A stretch of DNA of 64,000 bases from Eutreptiella sp. 'Long Island Sound 2002' (lineage: Eukaryota > Protista > Euglenida), in assembly GCA_964036045.1 (NCBI GenBank), contig OZ038378.1, positions 39,494,001-39,558,000 of the forward strand. Reading direction: 5' to 3'. Of this stretch, positions 23,040-35,300 are shown one piece after another (within the stretch, counting starts at the first letter, position 1; the number at the start of each line of letters is the position of its first letter). The translations under genes and the position numbers were made by a program. The notes below the pieces were generated by a model that saw only the letters and a list, made by a program, of their open reading frames with translations, had not been told where the DNA came from and made no database searches.

Positions 23040-23682
23040 ACGCAAAGCCGGAATCAAATAGACCACACACAAGCCGGCCAACACCAACCCAGCCGCGCAT
23101 GCAAGGGTCGAAACCAGGACGGCGTCCACCGGGTTGGCAACACCATGGTGTGCCACGTCCGCCGACGACCATACCTACAAACACAACAGAACACCGCAAC
23201 TGTACCATTCTGCAACCGATAAACCAACGTCTACAAACTACTTCGAACCTCCTGGCGCCCCGGGAGAGCGCAAGCTCCACCAAGGCAGGAGGCATGAGCA
23301 CGCGTCGCGGCATGCGAGTCCCGTAGCAGGTGGTTCTTCAAGTCTTCTCACGCCTACTGAAATCCAACAAAGGTGTGGGTTGCAGGACACAGACCTCCGG
23401 CCCTGGGCCCCGGAATCTGGTGCGTGATCACGAGGTGCGATGGGACCCTCCCCCAGGTATCCTCCGCCCAAAGGAGAGGGATGTGAGACCTCGGTCGAAC
23501 ATGGGATACCTCTCTGGGCAGAACCTGCTGTAGGGTACTGCTCGCGGCGACCGCGCTCTTCGCCCACATGGGGGAGCCGCTTTGTGGAAGCACGTGAACT
23601 AGGGCCGTGGGAGCGTGAGCAAAAGCCACTTGGTAATACCCCCTCGGGGGGAGACCGGTCCTGAGATGACCTACCTACCTAC
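23040..23682 (+). mobile_element. ~640-bp retroposon-like segment with an AC-rich head and a (CTAC)3 tail
   Basis: Tail at 23671-23682. It shares CCG(A/C)CCAAAGGAG(G/A)GGG with 9472-10130 (23464-23485 vs 9877-9897). No TSD found. Confidence 0.5.
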
Positions 23683-23689
23683 TTGCAGC

Positions 23690-26430
23690 ATCCTGGTTTC
23701 CCAATGGTGGTCTTCCTGCCACATGGCACGTAGCTGGCTGCAGGTAAGGGTCAACTTCTCTAATAGAGTAGGCCAGTACTCATTTCCCCCATGGACTCCC
23801 CAATCAGGGCAACACAGGTCCTACCGGCACGTTCCAGGGCCACCGTGGTCAGGACCTTTCCCAGTTCACTGAAGCTGGGGTTCCCGTTGGCCATACAGAA
23901 AGAGGGCCAGTAAATTTTGTAGCAGCAATTGCGCCCTTTGCTGCAGTGGAGGTCCAGCACGTGCTGCTTGTCACGGGGCAACAACTCCACGTGCAGGTCT
24001 TCCCTGGGGTATCTCAACCCTTTTAGACCTCGGTACAGGACACCCCCAAGGAACTGATAGCCTTCTGTTTTCGACGCGACCATCACGGCAAAGGGCTCCT
24101 TCTTGCATACCCTCAGGTACCTTCACCTCTGCTCAGACTGCTGCAGTGGTAGAGAATTTCCGTCCGTCACCATCGTCTACATGGTGGACTTAGGGCGCTT
24201 GCAGTGTCAGGTATAGAATCTGGGGATGTTCAGCGAAGAAGTCAGTCCCCAGAACGAAGTCGAAGGCCTCGGTATCCATCACATAGAACTGGTGGACAAT
24301 GCTCCTGGTCCCCATATGCACGTCCACCTCGCAGTGCACACAGCTGTGCGCCAGGTGGCCATCCCCCATGCGTATAGCTGTGGTAGGCCTGAGGTTCTTC
24401 AGGTCCCCACGAGGTAACGTTTTCTTGGCCACAATGGATATATTAGCCCAAGTATCCAGTACCCCGAGCCATCCTCGCCCCCCAAGACGGCTACGTACCC
24501 TGAACACCAAATTTGTAGACCCCCTAAAGCGTCCCTGTCGGAACTCCGAAGGAATGGTGCTGTCAAATCCCTTCTTGCGAATCTTTTGCACTATCCACAT
24601 TAGACGGAAGCGTTTCCGGGGACCCAACTCGTCCCCATCTTCATGGCCACCCCTGGCTCCTTGCTCTCCTTGAGCATGAGCCTCTGTCTGGGAACGGGTT
24701 GTAGACCAGGTATTTTGCTGCCCACCAGAGGGCTGTGGGTTGGTCCCCCCTTGTGTAGGGCTGGGGCTCCCCCCAGATTCGTCCTGGTTCTTCTCGTTCT
24801 TCTTGCAATGGCGTCCACGTGCTCCTTTGCCTTGCTCTTCGCCTTTGCCACGGCCATTGGACTTGCCCTTGCCCTTGTTGCTATTGCCTTTGCCAATTTT
24901 TCCCCCCTTCGGGGTCTCACTGTTCTGCTTTGTAGACAGGCGCTGTTTGTGGTAGCACTCGTCCTCGTAGTCCTTGCGGTGACCACAGAAGTCACAGGTG
25001 ATAGTACACCTCTAGTGGTCAGGCATCTTGGCCTTGCCACCAGCGTTGGTCTCCTGCTTTTTGCCGCGCACCACAAAGCACTCGTTCCTGTTGCAGTGAA
25101 AGGCATACACCAGGCCACCCTTCTGGTCTCTGGTGTCACACCAGAACAGGTCTCGGACATTGCTATTATAGCGAGGATTCTTAGGAGTTTGCCCTTGTAT
25201 CGAGGCTCGAGGTCCATCGTAACCACAGCGATGGTTGCCAGACTTGCCATCCCCAGGGCGATAGGCATTGAGGTGCTGGTCACTCTCCTTTTCCGGAGCC
25301 AAGTCCAACAGAAGCACAGACAAATCTTCATAGCTGAGGGTTCTTGCCTTGCGCTCTGCCGTTGCCCGACACTCATCCCAGACCGCTTGTAGGATCCTAG
25401 CCACAAGCCTGAACAGCAGTTCTTCGCTGCCGTAAGATCGGAGCGTAAGTGGCGCCATCCCTTGATCCAAGTCAGCCAGTAGTTCAGAGATACGCGCAGC
25501 TTTAGGATTGTTGGGCAACATAGCCAGGATCTGGATCTCGGTCCAGATGGATAGGTCCGTCTTGTAGGAGGGGTGCTGCCTCTCAAGGGCAACCAGCACA
25601 TTGGCAAATGTGGCTGACTTCGCCACGGTCTGCTTCACTTGCTTCTCCAAGTACTTGGTCTTGCAAGACTGCAACAGCAGGTCGCTCGTCACCCTCCCAC
25701 TAGCGTGGGTCTGGCCAGTGATCCTCATGAATGTAGCAAACCTCTGCGCAAACTTGCTAAGGTCCTTCCCAGTGAGCTCAGGCAGGTTAACCTCACAGGT
25801 GGGAATAGGCTTGGTTTCCTTGGAGCGACGCCTCTCTTGTCTCTGGCTCTTCCTTTTCTTCTTCTCCTTTTTGCCATTTGAATTCTCAGGGTCCTCAGGG
25901 TCGTCGTCCTCAGAGAGCGAAGCCGGCGATAGAGATGGCGGTTGTCGTCCGAAGGGGCAACGACCAGGTCCCCGGAGCCATCGGGCCCTACGTTTACCAT
26001 ATTCCTCAGGGCTGTCAGCCCAAGCTGGTCCAGTCCGGCGCATGACTGTAAGGCGGCTGTGCTGTTCTTCGGATGAAGGGGCTCCGGTATCGGTCAACTT
26101 CTCACACCACCCAGGGTATGAGTTAAACCGGCGACCAGGTGGTTGACCTATATTCGGTGAGGGGAAGCTGAAATGGTCATGGGTGACCCATGAGGTCGTA
26201 TCAGGGGCTCCAGTTTGGCCTGGATTTTTTGAGTGATATCACCAACTAGATCAGCAATAGCATCATTGAGAGCTGCCCTTATCTCAGAACGCGTCAGGCA
26301 CTTGTTAGAGGATCTTCTAGATCCTCTGCTGCTTCCTCCACAAGACTCCGGGCCTTGCAGCCCGCTCTGGGAAATAAAGCCATGCTCCGGCGTGGTACGA
26401 CATTATAGGAGGGTCTGTCGCGCGCACTAT
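23690..26430 (-). mobile_element. Ty3/gypsy-like lineage B fragment, copy 1: gag (zinc knuckle) - aspartic protease - Dam-like domain, truncated before RT
   Basis: ORF 25012-26097 is gag-like, followed by CDFCGHRKDYEDECY; the consensus with copy 2 is Cx2Cx4Hx4C. ORF 24190-24627 has GVLDTWANISIV and FVLGTDFF (retropepsin). ORF 23760-24086 has NGNPSFSELGKVLTTVALER. Confidence 0.8.
23700..24086 (-). pseudogene. DIRS-type DNA N6-adenine methyltransferase (Dam)-like domain, lineage B copy 1
   Basis: EGYQFL..LHVELLPRDKQHVLDLHCS..YKIYWPSF..NGNPSFSELGKVLTTVALER, then (frameshift) LCCPDWGVHGGNEYWPTLLEKL. This parallels the DIRS MT pattern DW.L..DLFAS..YAFPP..LI..VL.KI..ILI.P.W..W..L. Confidence 0.65.
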
Positions 26431-26576
26431 GTCTGGAGATCCGAAGAAACTTCAAAAATCAAAATTCAGGTGGTGTCTTCCTTGTGTTTTGCTCCGCTGA
26501 AAAGATTTGGGGTGACTCCTGATTTCTGCTTCTGCACAACATCGTCCCGTTCACGAGCTGCACAATTTGCCAATCT

Positions 26577-27752
26577 GTGGCGAAAATCACCCCTCTGATC
26601 ACCATGGACGCTAAAATGCTCTTTACGTTCTTCAAAACTGCCACCAAATCTACCGACTGCCCTCATCAAGCCCTCTGCAGATACAAAAGCCGCTGTTGGT
26701 TCAATCACGCTCCTACTCTTTACATTCACCAGCCATATGCCTGCGACTACCATAACGTAAAAAGACCTTCCTCTGCTGAATCCTGCATTCCGCCATTTTA
26801 CCTGCCAGCGAGTTCAGTGACAGCAGGCCATTTCACTCAAGCCAAAACTAAAGGATTCAAAGATGAATTGGCGTCTCCAAGCTATCGCCGCAAAGACAAC
26901 GCAGCTGCCAACACCGCCGAAACACACCAACGCTGCCTCTGTGCAGAGAAGAATCAAATTTGGACCTTGCGCACTTCGTCTGAAAAACAGCTTGGTTCAG
27001 TTTCAGAAAGCCAGAGGTATCCAGTGACGGTAAGTCATCTCACTCAAGCCAAAAATCAAATATCGGAAGAAGCACTGGTGCACAAGAACACAAAGTCGAC
27101 TTTGTGCTGCATGTTTGGAGAACAGTTTGAAGACGTTTCACATAGCCTGATGTCTGCAGCATGGACAAGTCAATTCACTCAAGCAAAAACACGTCCACAC
27201 GAAGATGTCCCGCTGCGTCGACACAATCGCGCCAACTATTACACAGCTGAGAACATGGCCGTCACACACGAACGCCCCCTCTCTGCAGACAAGAAGTCAA
27301 TTTTGTCGCAGCGCACTTCGTCTGAAGAACAGTTTGACGGAATTCCACAAAGCCCGTGGTCTCTGCAGGTCTTGTCCAGCAACTCCACTGCCACCTGCAA
27401 ACGCGCAGAACGCCAAGTCAAGAGGAACTCCCTGTTATCGCCAAGAGACCCAGGCCATAAGGTCCCAGAGCCCCACGGCCAATTTACCAGAGAGAAATTT
27501 GAGGTCAACGCGGAATTCGTGTCGTCAAATGCTGAGAACATATTACAAAAGAAACACAGAAAGCAATCACCCATCTCTATCTCCTCTACAGCATCAACGC
27601 CCCTCATGAATGCAGAATTGATCAAGGCTCAAAGACGACAACGACCTTCGATCAAGGCGTTGGAAGATCCAGTTCAAAAGCAGCTGAATGAAAATTTAAC
27701 AACCTCGGGCCGCTACATCGTATGTAAAGACTGGTCACTTCGCTTTTACTAA
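26577..27752 (+). CDS. 391-aa S/T/Q-rich ORF of unknown function in duplicated region Y
   Basis: From the ORF track. It has internal repeats (FTQAK recurring). The homologue at about 37560-38640 is frameshifted. Confidence 0.3.
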   Translation: MAKITPLITMDAKMLFTFFKTATKSTDCPHQALCRYKSRCWFNHAPTLYIHQPYACDYHNVKRPSSAESCIPPFYLPASSVTAGHFTQAKTKGFKDELASPSYRRKDNAAANTAETHQRCLCAEKNQIWTLRTSSEKQLGSVSESQRYPVTVSHLTQAKNQISEEALVHKNTKSTLCCMFGEQFEDVSHSLMSAAWTSQFTQAKTRPHEDVPLRRHNRANYYTAENMAVTHERPLSADKKSILSQRTSSEEQFDGIPQSPWSLQVLSSNSTATCKRAERQVKRNSLLSPRDPGHKVPEPHGQFTREKFEVNAEFVSSNAENILQKKHRKQSPISISSTASTPLMNAELIKAQRRQRPSIKALEDPVQKQLNENLTTSGRYIVCKDWSLRFY

Positions 27753-28478
27753 CAGCATCTTCTCAACACTGGTTCCTGCCCAGAGGACTACTTGTGCCAG
27801 CCAGATGCGAACTGTGCAGACAACAGGGAAAAGAACAAGCCACCTCACAGATACTACAGATCAGTTTGTGTCCTCCTATGTCTTCAGGCCCTCTTGAAGC
27901 ATCAAACTCAAAGAGATCCGTGGGAACTCCAAATGAAGCAACGAACAACTTAACAGAAGAAGTCCCTCCTGTTGTCTCAGCTCGGTGTGGCAGCGCTACC
28001 ACAGGAACAGAACATCAGTCCAGCTTGACTCCTCCTTTGTCTTCGTCTTCGTTGCCTGCCCTGGATTCCTCTTCCGACGAGTCAGACGCCTCAAAAACAG
28101 AGGATCTACAGTCTAGCGATGCATGCAAGTCTGACCAGGTTTTTGAGTCGCTTGTACTAAACAGTGGTGTTTCTGAATATTACAAAGGCTCCTACAATCA
28201 CTATAACCAATTCGACAATCTCAAAAAAACAGGTTATGTGTAGCACTGTCGAAATTCAAAACTGCACAAAAGAAGCAAACATTTCAGCAAGCATGGAATA
28301 AATACAGACTGGCACAAACACTACCACACACAGACCCGCTCCTAAACTCTTTGAAGACAATTGAAACAGTCCTTTGCACTCTCAAGGCCTGACACTACAC
28401 TATAGCCCACAGGTTTCGTTGTTGGTACATACACTGGTTTCACATATGACTTATTGTATTACACAAGATCACACGCGC

Positions 28479-29096
28479 TCATGCCCAGGCGGGGGGGCCC
28501 ATGGATTGAATGACTGAATGAATTATAGGAGGGAACACACCAATAGGGGCCCCAGGAAAGGGATCAGTTGCGTGAAACCAATCTGGCTCATGGATACGCA
28601 CGTAGGAAGAGCAAGAGGCCACACGTTCGCTGACTGGATGTGCCATAGTTGGCTCAGTAGCGAGTCGTTCCACTCCAGGGGTGATGTAGGGCATACCAGT
28701 AAAGCCTGTACCCTCGACCGCAGATGGAGTGGTTGTAGGAGAGGATGCTGCAGGGTGTGTAGCTCGGAGTGTAGTGGCAGTAGGTGAGGATGTTGCAGGG
28801 TTCTCGGTCGCGCTGGGCGATTGTTCAAGCCCGCCTTCAGGGTTGTCTTCAGCTCCTCCTTCTTCTGTTTCCTTCTCCTTTGCCTTGCCTTCAGGAGTCC
28901 GCGCGGGCAAGCCACTGAAGGCGGCTGGCAAAATTGGAAGAGGGTCATCCTCGAGCCCACTTAAGGGCACAGAAGGGACAGGGTCCTGAGGTTCTGGTTC
29001 ACAACGAGATTTCAGTATTGGCGCCGGCTTGGCTGGTGCCATCGAGTGCGCTGTCATCTCAGCAGTATGCTTGGTGTCCATTGTATCTTCATCCAC
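28479..29096 (-). CDS. 205-aa P/A/E/T-rich ORF of unknown function (paralogue broken at 39453-40085)
   Basis: From the ORF track. The same peptide (PSVPLSGLEDDP..EDNPEGGLE) is in the second copy. Confidence 0.25.
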   Translation of the reverse strand: MDEDTMDTKHTAEMTAHSMAPAKPAPILKSRCEPEPQDPVPSVPLSGLEDDPLPILPAAFSGLPARTPEGKAKEKETEEGGAEDNPEGGLEQSPSATENPATSSPTATTLRATHPAASSPTTTPSAVEGTGFTGMPYITPGVERLATEPTMAHPVSERVASCSSYVRIHEPDWFHATDPFPGAPIGVFPPIIHSVIQSMGPPAWA

Positions 29097-29099
29097 CCT

Positions 29100-29990
29100 T
29101 CACGAGTGATCAGTCTCGGCATACTAGTTGTACTGCATGGGGTTGCAGGTACGCAAGGACTGGTTGCCTCTGCTACCAGAAGGTTTGAACAGCTTTCACT
29201 AATGAAGTTCTTGAAGTGTTTATTGATTTGCTGCTCTTGCTTGTTCCTCGCTGGATGCCAAATCTTGTGGTTGAATCTTGTGAAATCAAATGGAAATACC
29301 AGGCCCAGTAATCTAACCAGTGCACAACCGGGTCTCACAGTCCACTACATGAAGCGCTGCAGTAACAAAGGAATGAAGCTAAAATGTGTTCACAGCAAAG
29401 CAACTGACAAGGAGTACAGATTTGGAAGCGATATTTGCAGAACTGCCTCCTTTTACGGTGCCATCTAGAGATGTGCACCCTTTGTTTTCGGTCCCATGCG
29501 TGCTGAGGTGGCATGGCATGTCCCATTTAAGTCACTGCCATGTAACGTGGGATCTTCCTACTTAGCTAGGCTGACTGGGTTTTGTGGCGGCATCCTGGAG
29601 CCACGGGGACGCCAACTGGGGTCAGGACGCCCAAATCGGCATAATTGGCCGTCTTGGGCGACCGGCCAAGGTGAGCTTTTGTGACGATCTTGTTGAGCCA
29701 AGCCTCAATGTATGGACTTTGATACTCCCTTTGATCCCTTGCATCGTGGTTTCGCTTGCCGTCACGTTTGGCTTGCTGCTGTTCCCCGAGGGGATGGTGA
29801 AGACAACGGGGCAGAAAACGGCGAAACGTGCAAGATTGTGCGTCGTGGCAAGGACCGTATGTCGCATATCTCCGACCATGCCTGAGAAGCAATAACAACA
29901 ACGTACGGCTATTGACCCTTGGTCACATGCTACAAGAATCGCATTTTTCACCTGGCTAGGTCCCTACTCCGCCTGGTTTTGCTCCCATTC
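29100..29990 (+). repeat. Chimeric Z+W repeat block, copy 1
   Basis: 29100-29580 matches 13980-14400, and 29585-29990 matches 54290-54660. Confidence 0.75.
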
Positions 29991-29999
29991 AGCAGGGGG

Positions 30000-32170
30000 G
30001 GGGGGGGTAATTCATGACAACTCGACCAAAAGAGAGAGACAGAGGGAGCAGAACCAGGTCCGCCGAATTGGGCTTTGGGAGGTCAGCATCACGCAGAGGT
30101 CAGAGCGACAAGCAACGGGTGCCGGACTTACGCATGACATCGCACCAGAGCTGGAAGAGAGAAAGCAGGCGAGCGATGTTCTGACGACCTGACAGACTAG
30201 TGCTCCATCCGCCCACTCGCAGAAGAGCTCAGGGCGTGGATCAGTCGCCCATGGCTTCCATCGCCTTGGTAGGAGCTTGCAAGTCGGAAGCCTGGAGCTT
30301 GGTCCTGTGCCTGGGCAGGTACTCGATGAAGGGGGTGTTGATCCACGGCACGAAAGAAGAGCCGGGTTCCCAGGTGTTGTGGCAGGGCCCATAGCCTCAG
30401 CAGCGCACCTTGAACTCCACTCCTCCAGGTGCTGAGACGTTCGGACGCTGGGCCAGGATCTTCGCGACGGTGTAGTCGTCCTGCTCAGCGTAGTCACCGT
30501 CCTAGTTGGCCTCGTTGGCGTTTTAGTCCCGGGACAAATGCTTTTCGCGGATGTCGGGATCACGGGCAGGTAATTGACTCTCTTGCTGCTCCCTGAACTG
30601 TCCAAGGCCCCCCTTGATGCGGTAGGTGTTCTCACCAATCCTGCGCACCAGCTCTTCGGGTGTAAACCAGGTCTTGGTGCGGTGAGTCCCCAACAGGGGG
30701 TCACCAAGCCTGAATTTTTGCGCTGTTGACTTCAGGGCGGTCTTGGTTCGCATGACATGCTCCTTCTCAACCAGCTGGTGGACTTACCGAGCTGTTGCCT
30801 CTTCCCGCGCAAAGAACTCCTTGGCATCCATGGCCATGCAATCACCTGAGAAGGGACGTCTCTGTCCCAAAAGGTCTCTGCCAAAATGAAACTGGGGAGG
30901 CGACAACCCATCCAGTGTGGGGGTATCATGATGGGCCTTGAGAGCTGGGCACATATCCTGAAACAAGCCACGGGGCTTGTGGATGAGGTGCATCTTGCGC
31001 AGCTTCTGGAACATCTACCTTCGAGCCACCTCGGCGCGGCCATTGGAGCGACTGAGATAGGCGACGCTCTTTGCATGTCGTATTTCCATGACAGGACACA
31101 TGGCCTTGAACGAGCCGTCAGTGAACTGAGGTCGCCACTCGCTGCAGAAGGTGCGGGACATGCCGAAGACCGTCAGCCAGTGATGAGACATCATGACTGC
31201 AACTTCCTTGGGTACCAACAACTTTTTGCGCGCAAGCACGGCCACAACGTAGCTGCTGTGTCGGTCCACGCAAAGGACCACACAATCGAAAACTTCCTTT
31301 CCGCGTTGAACTTCGGGCATGGAGAAGACGTCAATGGTCACGCCATCTGTCGGCCGGTCAGGAATTGGCGTTCATTGGGCTTCTTCCTTGACATTTTGTT
31401 TGTCGGGATTCCAGGCCTGACAGACAACACAACCCTTCTGGATTTGCTTGATGGCATTGTGGAGACCAATCTCGTCGATTTCGAACCGCCGCTTCATGTC
31501 CAAGGCCTGCTCCTTCACTCCAGGAATGATCATGTGTTGGCGCCAAGCTCCACATAGCTCAAGCACCATGGAATTCGGTACTAGCAACTTCTCGCTCCGG
31601 TGAAGCTTGCCATCTTCTTGGGTTTGCCCCTTTGGCCACTTTTGCCCGCTGTCAGAGTCAGTCAGAACCCCGGACTCTGACTCAAATGCCTTCGACTTGG
31701 CATAGTGGTGGGTCTGGTCGTCTTTGACGCAGGACTCCGGGAGGTGGTGTTTGTAAGACTCAGCACCCTTTAGGGCGATTACACGGACCACTCTGATCAC
31801 CCTCCTTCCGAGGAGATCATCTGCAGATATAACGACGAAGCATTTCACTCCATCCTCCTCCATCATGTGCTCCATGTCAATGATCTTCTTGGCCTCGCAG
31901 TTTCAGCCTCGTCACCATTGGCAAGCAACACCGTCATGCCCTTGCTGGCAGGATAGGCCCACATGCTGAGACACTCTGCCACGGTGCTGTCCTTTCTAGG
32001 AATGTAAGCCACCGTCAGGTCGAACTTGGCCAAGGTCCAATGCAATCTGGCTCTTCAGAACGCTGGTCCTGCGGCAGTCTCCACGTGCTCTCTGTGCCAC
32101 GACTGCAGATTCTGATGGTCTGTGCAGACTGTGCCGCCCAGGGACGGCCCTCGGGAATGCCAGAAGGGAT
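30000..32170 (-). mobile_element. Chromovirus lineage A fragment, copy 1: RNase H C-terminus - integrase - chromodomain
   Basis: VCTDHQNLQSW and LAKFDL.V.YIP.K (RH); HMIIPG..CVVCQ (HHCC); IDVF..VDRHS..SNGRAEVA (D,D35E core, degenerate); YTVAKILAQRP..GVEFKVR..GYGP..NTWEP (chromodomain, about 30270-30497). Confidence 0.9.
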
Positions 32171-32359
32171 GCCCAGGCCACTGCCTCCTAACACCCGCCT
32201 GACAAATTAGTGCCACCCCAGGCCCGCAGCCCCGGAGCGCAGTGAGCTGCGCTGCCGCCGGTTGCCCGGCGAGGGGCCACCATCACTCCCCCTTCCCCTC
32301 AACAGAACCCCACCGCACCCCCACTACCGTACCACGGCGCGCTGCGAGACCCCCCCCCA

Positions 32360-35300
32360 CTGGTTTCCCAATGGTGGTCTTCCTGCCAAATGGCACGTAG
32401 CTGGCTGCAGGTAAGCGTCAACTTTCCCGATAGAGTACGCCAGTACTCATTTCCCCCATGGGCTCCCCCATCAGGGCAACACAGGACCCACCGCCACGTC
32501 CCAGGGCCACCTTGGACAGGACTCTTCCCAGTTCACTGAAGCTGGGGTTCCCGTAGGCCATACAGAAAGAGCGGCAGTAAAATTTGTAGCAGCATCTCCG
32601 CCCTTTGCTGCAGTAGAGGTCCAGCACTTCCTGCGTGTCACTTGGAGCATCTCCTCGTTTAGGTCTTCCCTGGGGTATCCCAACCCTTTTAGACCTTGGT
32701 CCAGGACACCCCCAAGGAGCTCATGGCGCTCTGTTTTGGACGCAACCATCAGGGCAGAGGGCTCCTTCTTGCATACCTTCAGGTACCTTCACCTCTGCTC
32801 AGAATCCTCCAGTGGTGCAGATTCCCGTCCGTCACCGTCGTCCACATGGTGGACTTAGGGCGCTTGCAGTGTGAGGAATAGAATCTGGGGATGTTCAGCG
32901 AAGAAGTCAGTCCCCGGAACGAAGTCGGGGGCCTTGGTATCCATTGCATAGAACTGGTGAACAATGCTCCTGGTCCCCATAGGCACGTCAACCTCGCAGT
33001 CCACACAGCTGTGCGCCAAGTGACCATCCCCCATGCGTATAGCTGCGGTAGGCCTGAGGTTCTTCAGGTCCCCAAGAGGTAATTTTTTCTTGGCCACAAT
33101 GAATATAGTAGTCCCAGTATCCAGTACCCCGAGCCATCCTCGTCCCCCAAGACGGCTACGTACCCGGAACACCAAATTTGTAGACCCCCTAAAGCCTCCC
33201 TGTCGGAACTCCGAAGAAATGGTGATGCGACACCCCTTCTTGCGAAGCTTTCGCACTCTCCACACTAGACGGAAGCGTTTCCGGGGACCCAACTCGTCCC
33301 CATCTTCATGGCCACCCTTGGCTCCTTGTTCCCCCTGAGCATGAGCCTCCGTCTAGAAACGGGTTGTGGGCAATGCATTTTGCTGCCAACCAGAGGGATC
33401 TGGGGTCGTCCCCCCTGGTGTAGGGCTGGGGCTCCCCCCTGATTCGTCCTGGTTATTCTCGTTCTTCTTGTGAGGGGCTCCACGTGCTCCCTTACCTTGC
33501 TGTTGGCCTTTGCCAGGGCCCTTGGACTTGCCCTGGCCTGTGTCATTGTTGCCTTTCCCAATTTTAACCCCGTTGTGGGTCTCACTCTTCAGCTTAACAG
33601 ACAGGCGCTGATTGTGGTAGCACTCGTTCCCGTAGTGCTTGCGCCGACCACAGAAGGCACGGGTGATAGTACACCTCTAGTGGTCAGGCATCTTGGCCTT
33701 GCCATCAGTGTTGGTCTCCTGCTGTTTGCCTCGCACCAGAAAGCACTCGCTCCTGTTGCAGTGAGGGGCATGCACCAGGCCATCCTTCTCGTCTCTGGAG
33801 TAACACCAGAACAGGTCTTGGACATTGCTATTGTAGCGAGCATTCTTAGGAGTTTGCCCTTGTCTCGAGGGTGGAGGTCCATTGTAACCACGGCGATGGT
33901 TGCCAGAGTTGCCACCCCCAGGGGGGTAGGCATTGAGGTGCTGGTCACTCTCCTCTTCCGGAGCCAGCTCCAATGGATGCACAGACAAATCTTCATAGCC
34001 GAGGGTCCTTGCCTTGCGCTCCGCCGTTGCCGGACACTCATCCCAGACTCTCGTGGGATCCTAGCCACAAGCCTGAACAGCAGTTCGTCGCTGCCGTAAG
34101 ATCGGACCGTCAGTGGCCCCATCCCGTGATCCAAGTCGGCCAGTTGTTCAGAGATACGTGCAGCTTTAGGAGTGTTTGGCAACATAGCCAGGACTGGATC
34201 TCGGTCAGATGGATAGGTCGGCCTTGTAGGAGGGGTGCTGCCTCTCAAAGGCAACCAGCACATTGGCAAATGTGGCAGACGTTGCCACGGTCTGCTTCAC
34301 TTGCTTCTCCAGGTACTTGGTCTTGCAAGACTGCAACAGCAGGTCGCTCATCACCTTCCCACTAGCGTAGGTCTGGCCGGTGATCCTCCTGAATTGACCA
34401 AAACTCTCGGCGAACTTGCTAAGGTCCTTTCCAGTGAAATCAGGCAGGTTAACCACAATCTGAGGGGTGGCAATAGCCTTGGCTTGAAATCTTCTTACCG
34501 CATCAACTTGTTCTGGGGCTGACGTCCCCCATTGTGGAATGTACCAGACGTAGGTATAACTATAACAAAGGGACAGGCCAGGTGTACAGGGTCAGGGACC
34601 CATAGATAGATCTGAAGTGTATACGTTACAAATGTGTTAGTCTGAGTGTGACTGTGTGTGTTTGGGTGTCGTGTGAGTGTGTCTGTGTGTATGTGGTATC
34701 CTCGGTGTGTGTTCTGGTTACTGCTTGTGAGAATAGAGTGGGAGACCTGAGCAGAAAAGGTGTCTGTTTGCGGACACAGGATAGTGTGCCAAAAAAAGAA
34801 TTCGTTGTGCCCTGCCAGTTTTCAAAACCCATCGTTTCACCCCAGGGGAAAAGCAACAGAGAATGAGCACTGCAGGGCAAGCAGAGACAGAAATAAACCA
34901 AATACCGTAGTTTTGATGGCCAGGCCGGCCACTGAAGTCCAGTATGCAAGCAGGGCGTAACACCAGGCTAGGGAAAAATGATAAAAGGCCAGGGGCCTCA
35001 GATGTACAGCGTGCTTAGAAGGGTCGCAGCTTGCAGCAGCGGTCGGTCAGCGCCGACAGAAAGGTTCCAGCCCTTGAATAGTAGGGTCCTGACCGCCTCC
35101 TGAGATGACAGACCAGCAAAGAAAGGGAAAGACAAATTATTGAAGTTCAGTCGGCTTGGCCGGCTACTGACGTCCAGTATGCACGCAAGGCGTGACGCAA
35201 ACGCGGTCGTCTCCTGAATGGGCCGTAACTTGGGAGGGGGAGTAGGGTGTGCTTCACCCCCCTGTCGAAGAACGGGTTTCGCCGCATACTTCTCGACGGT

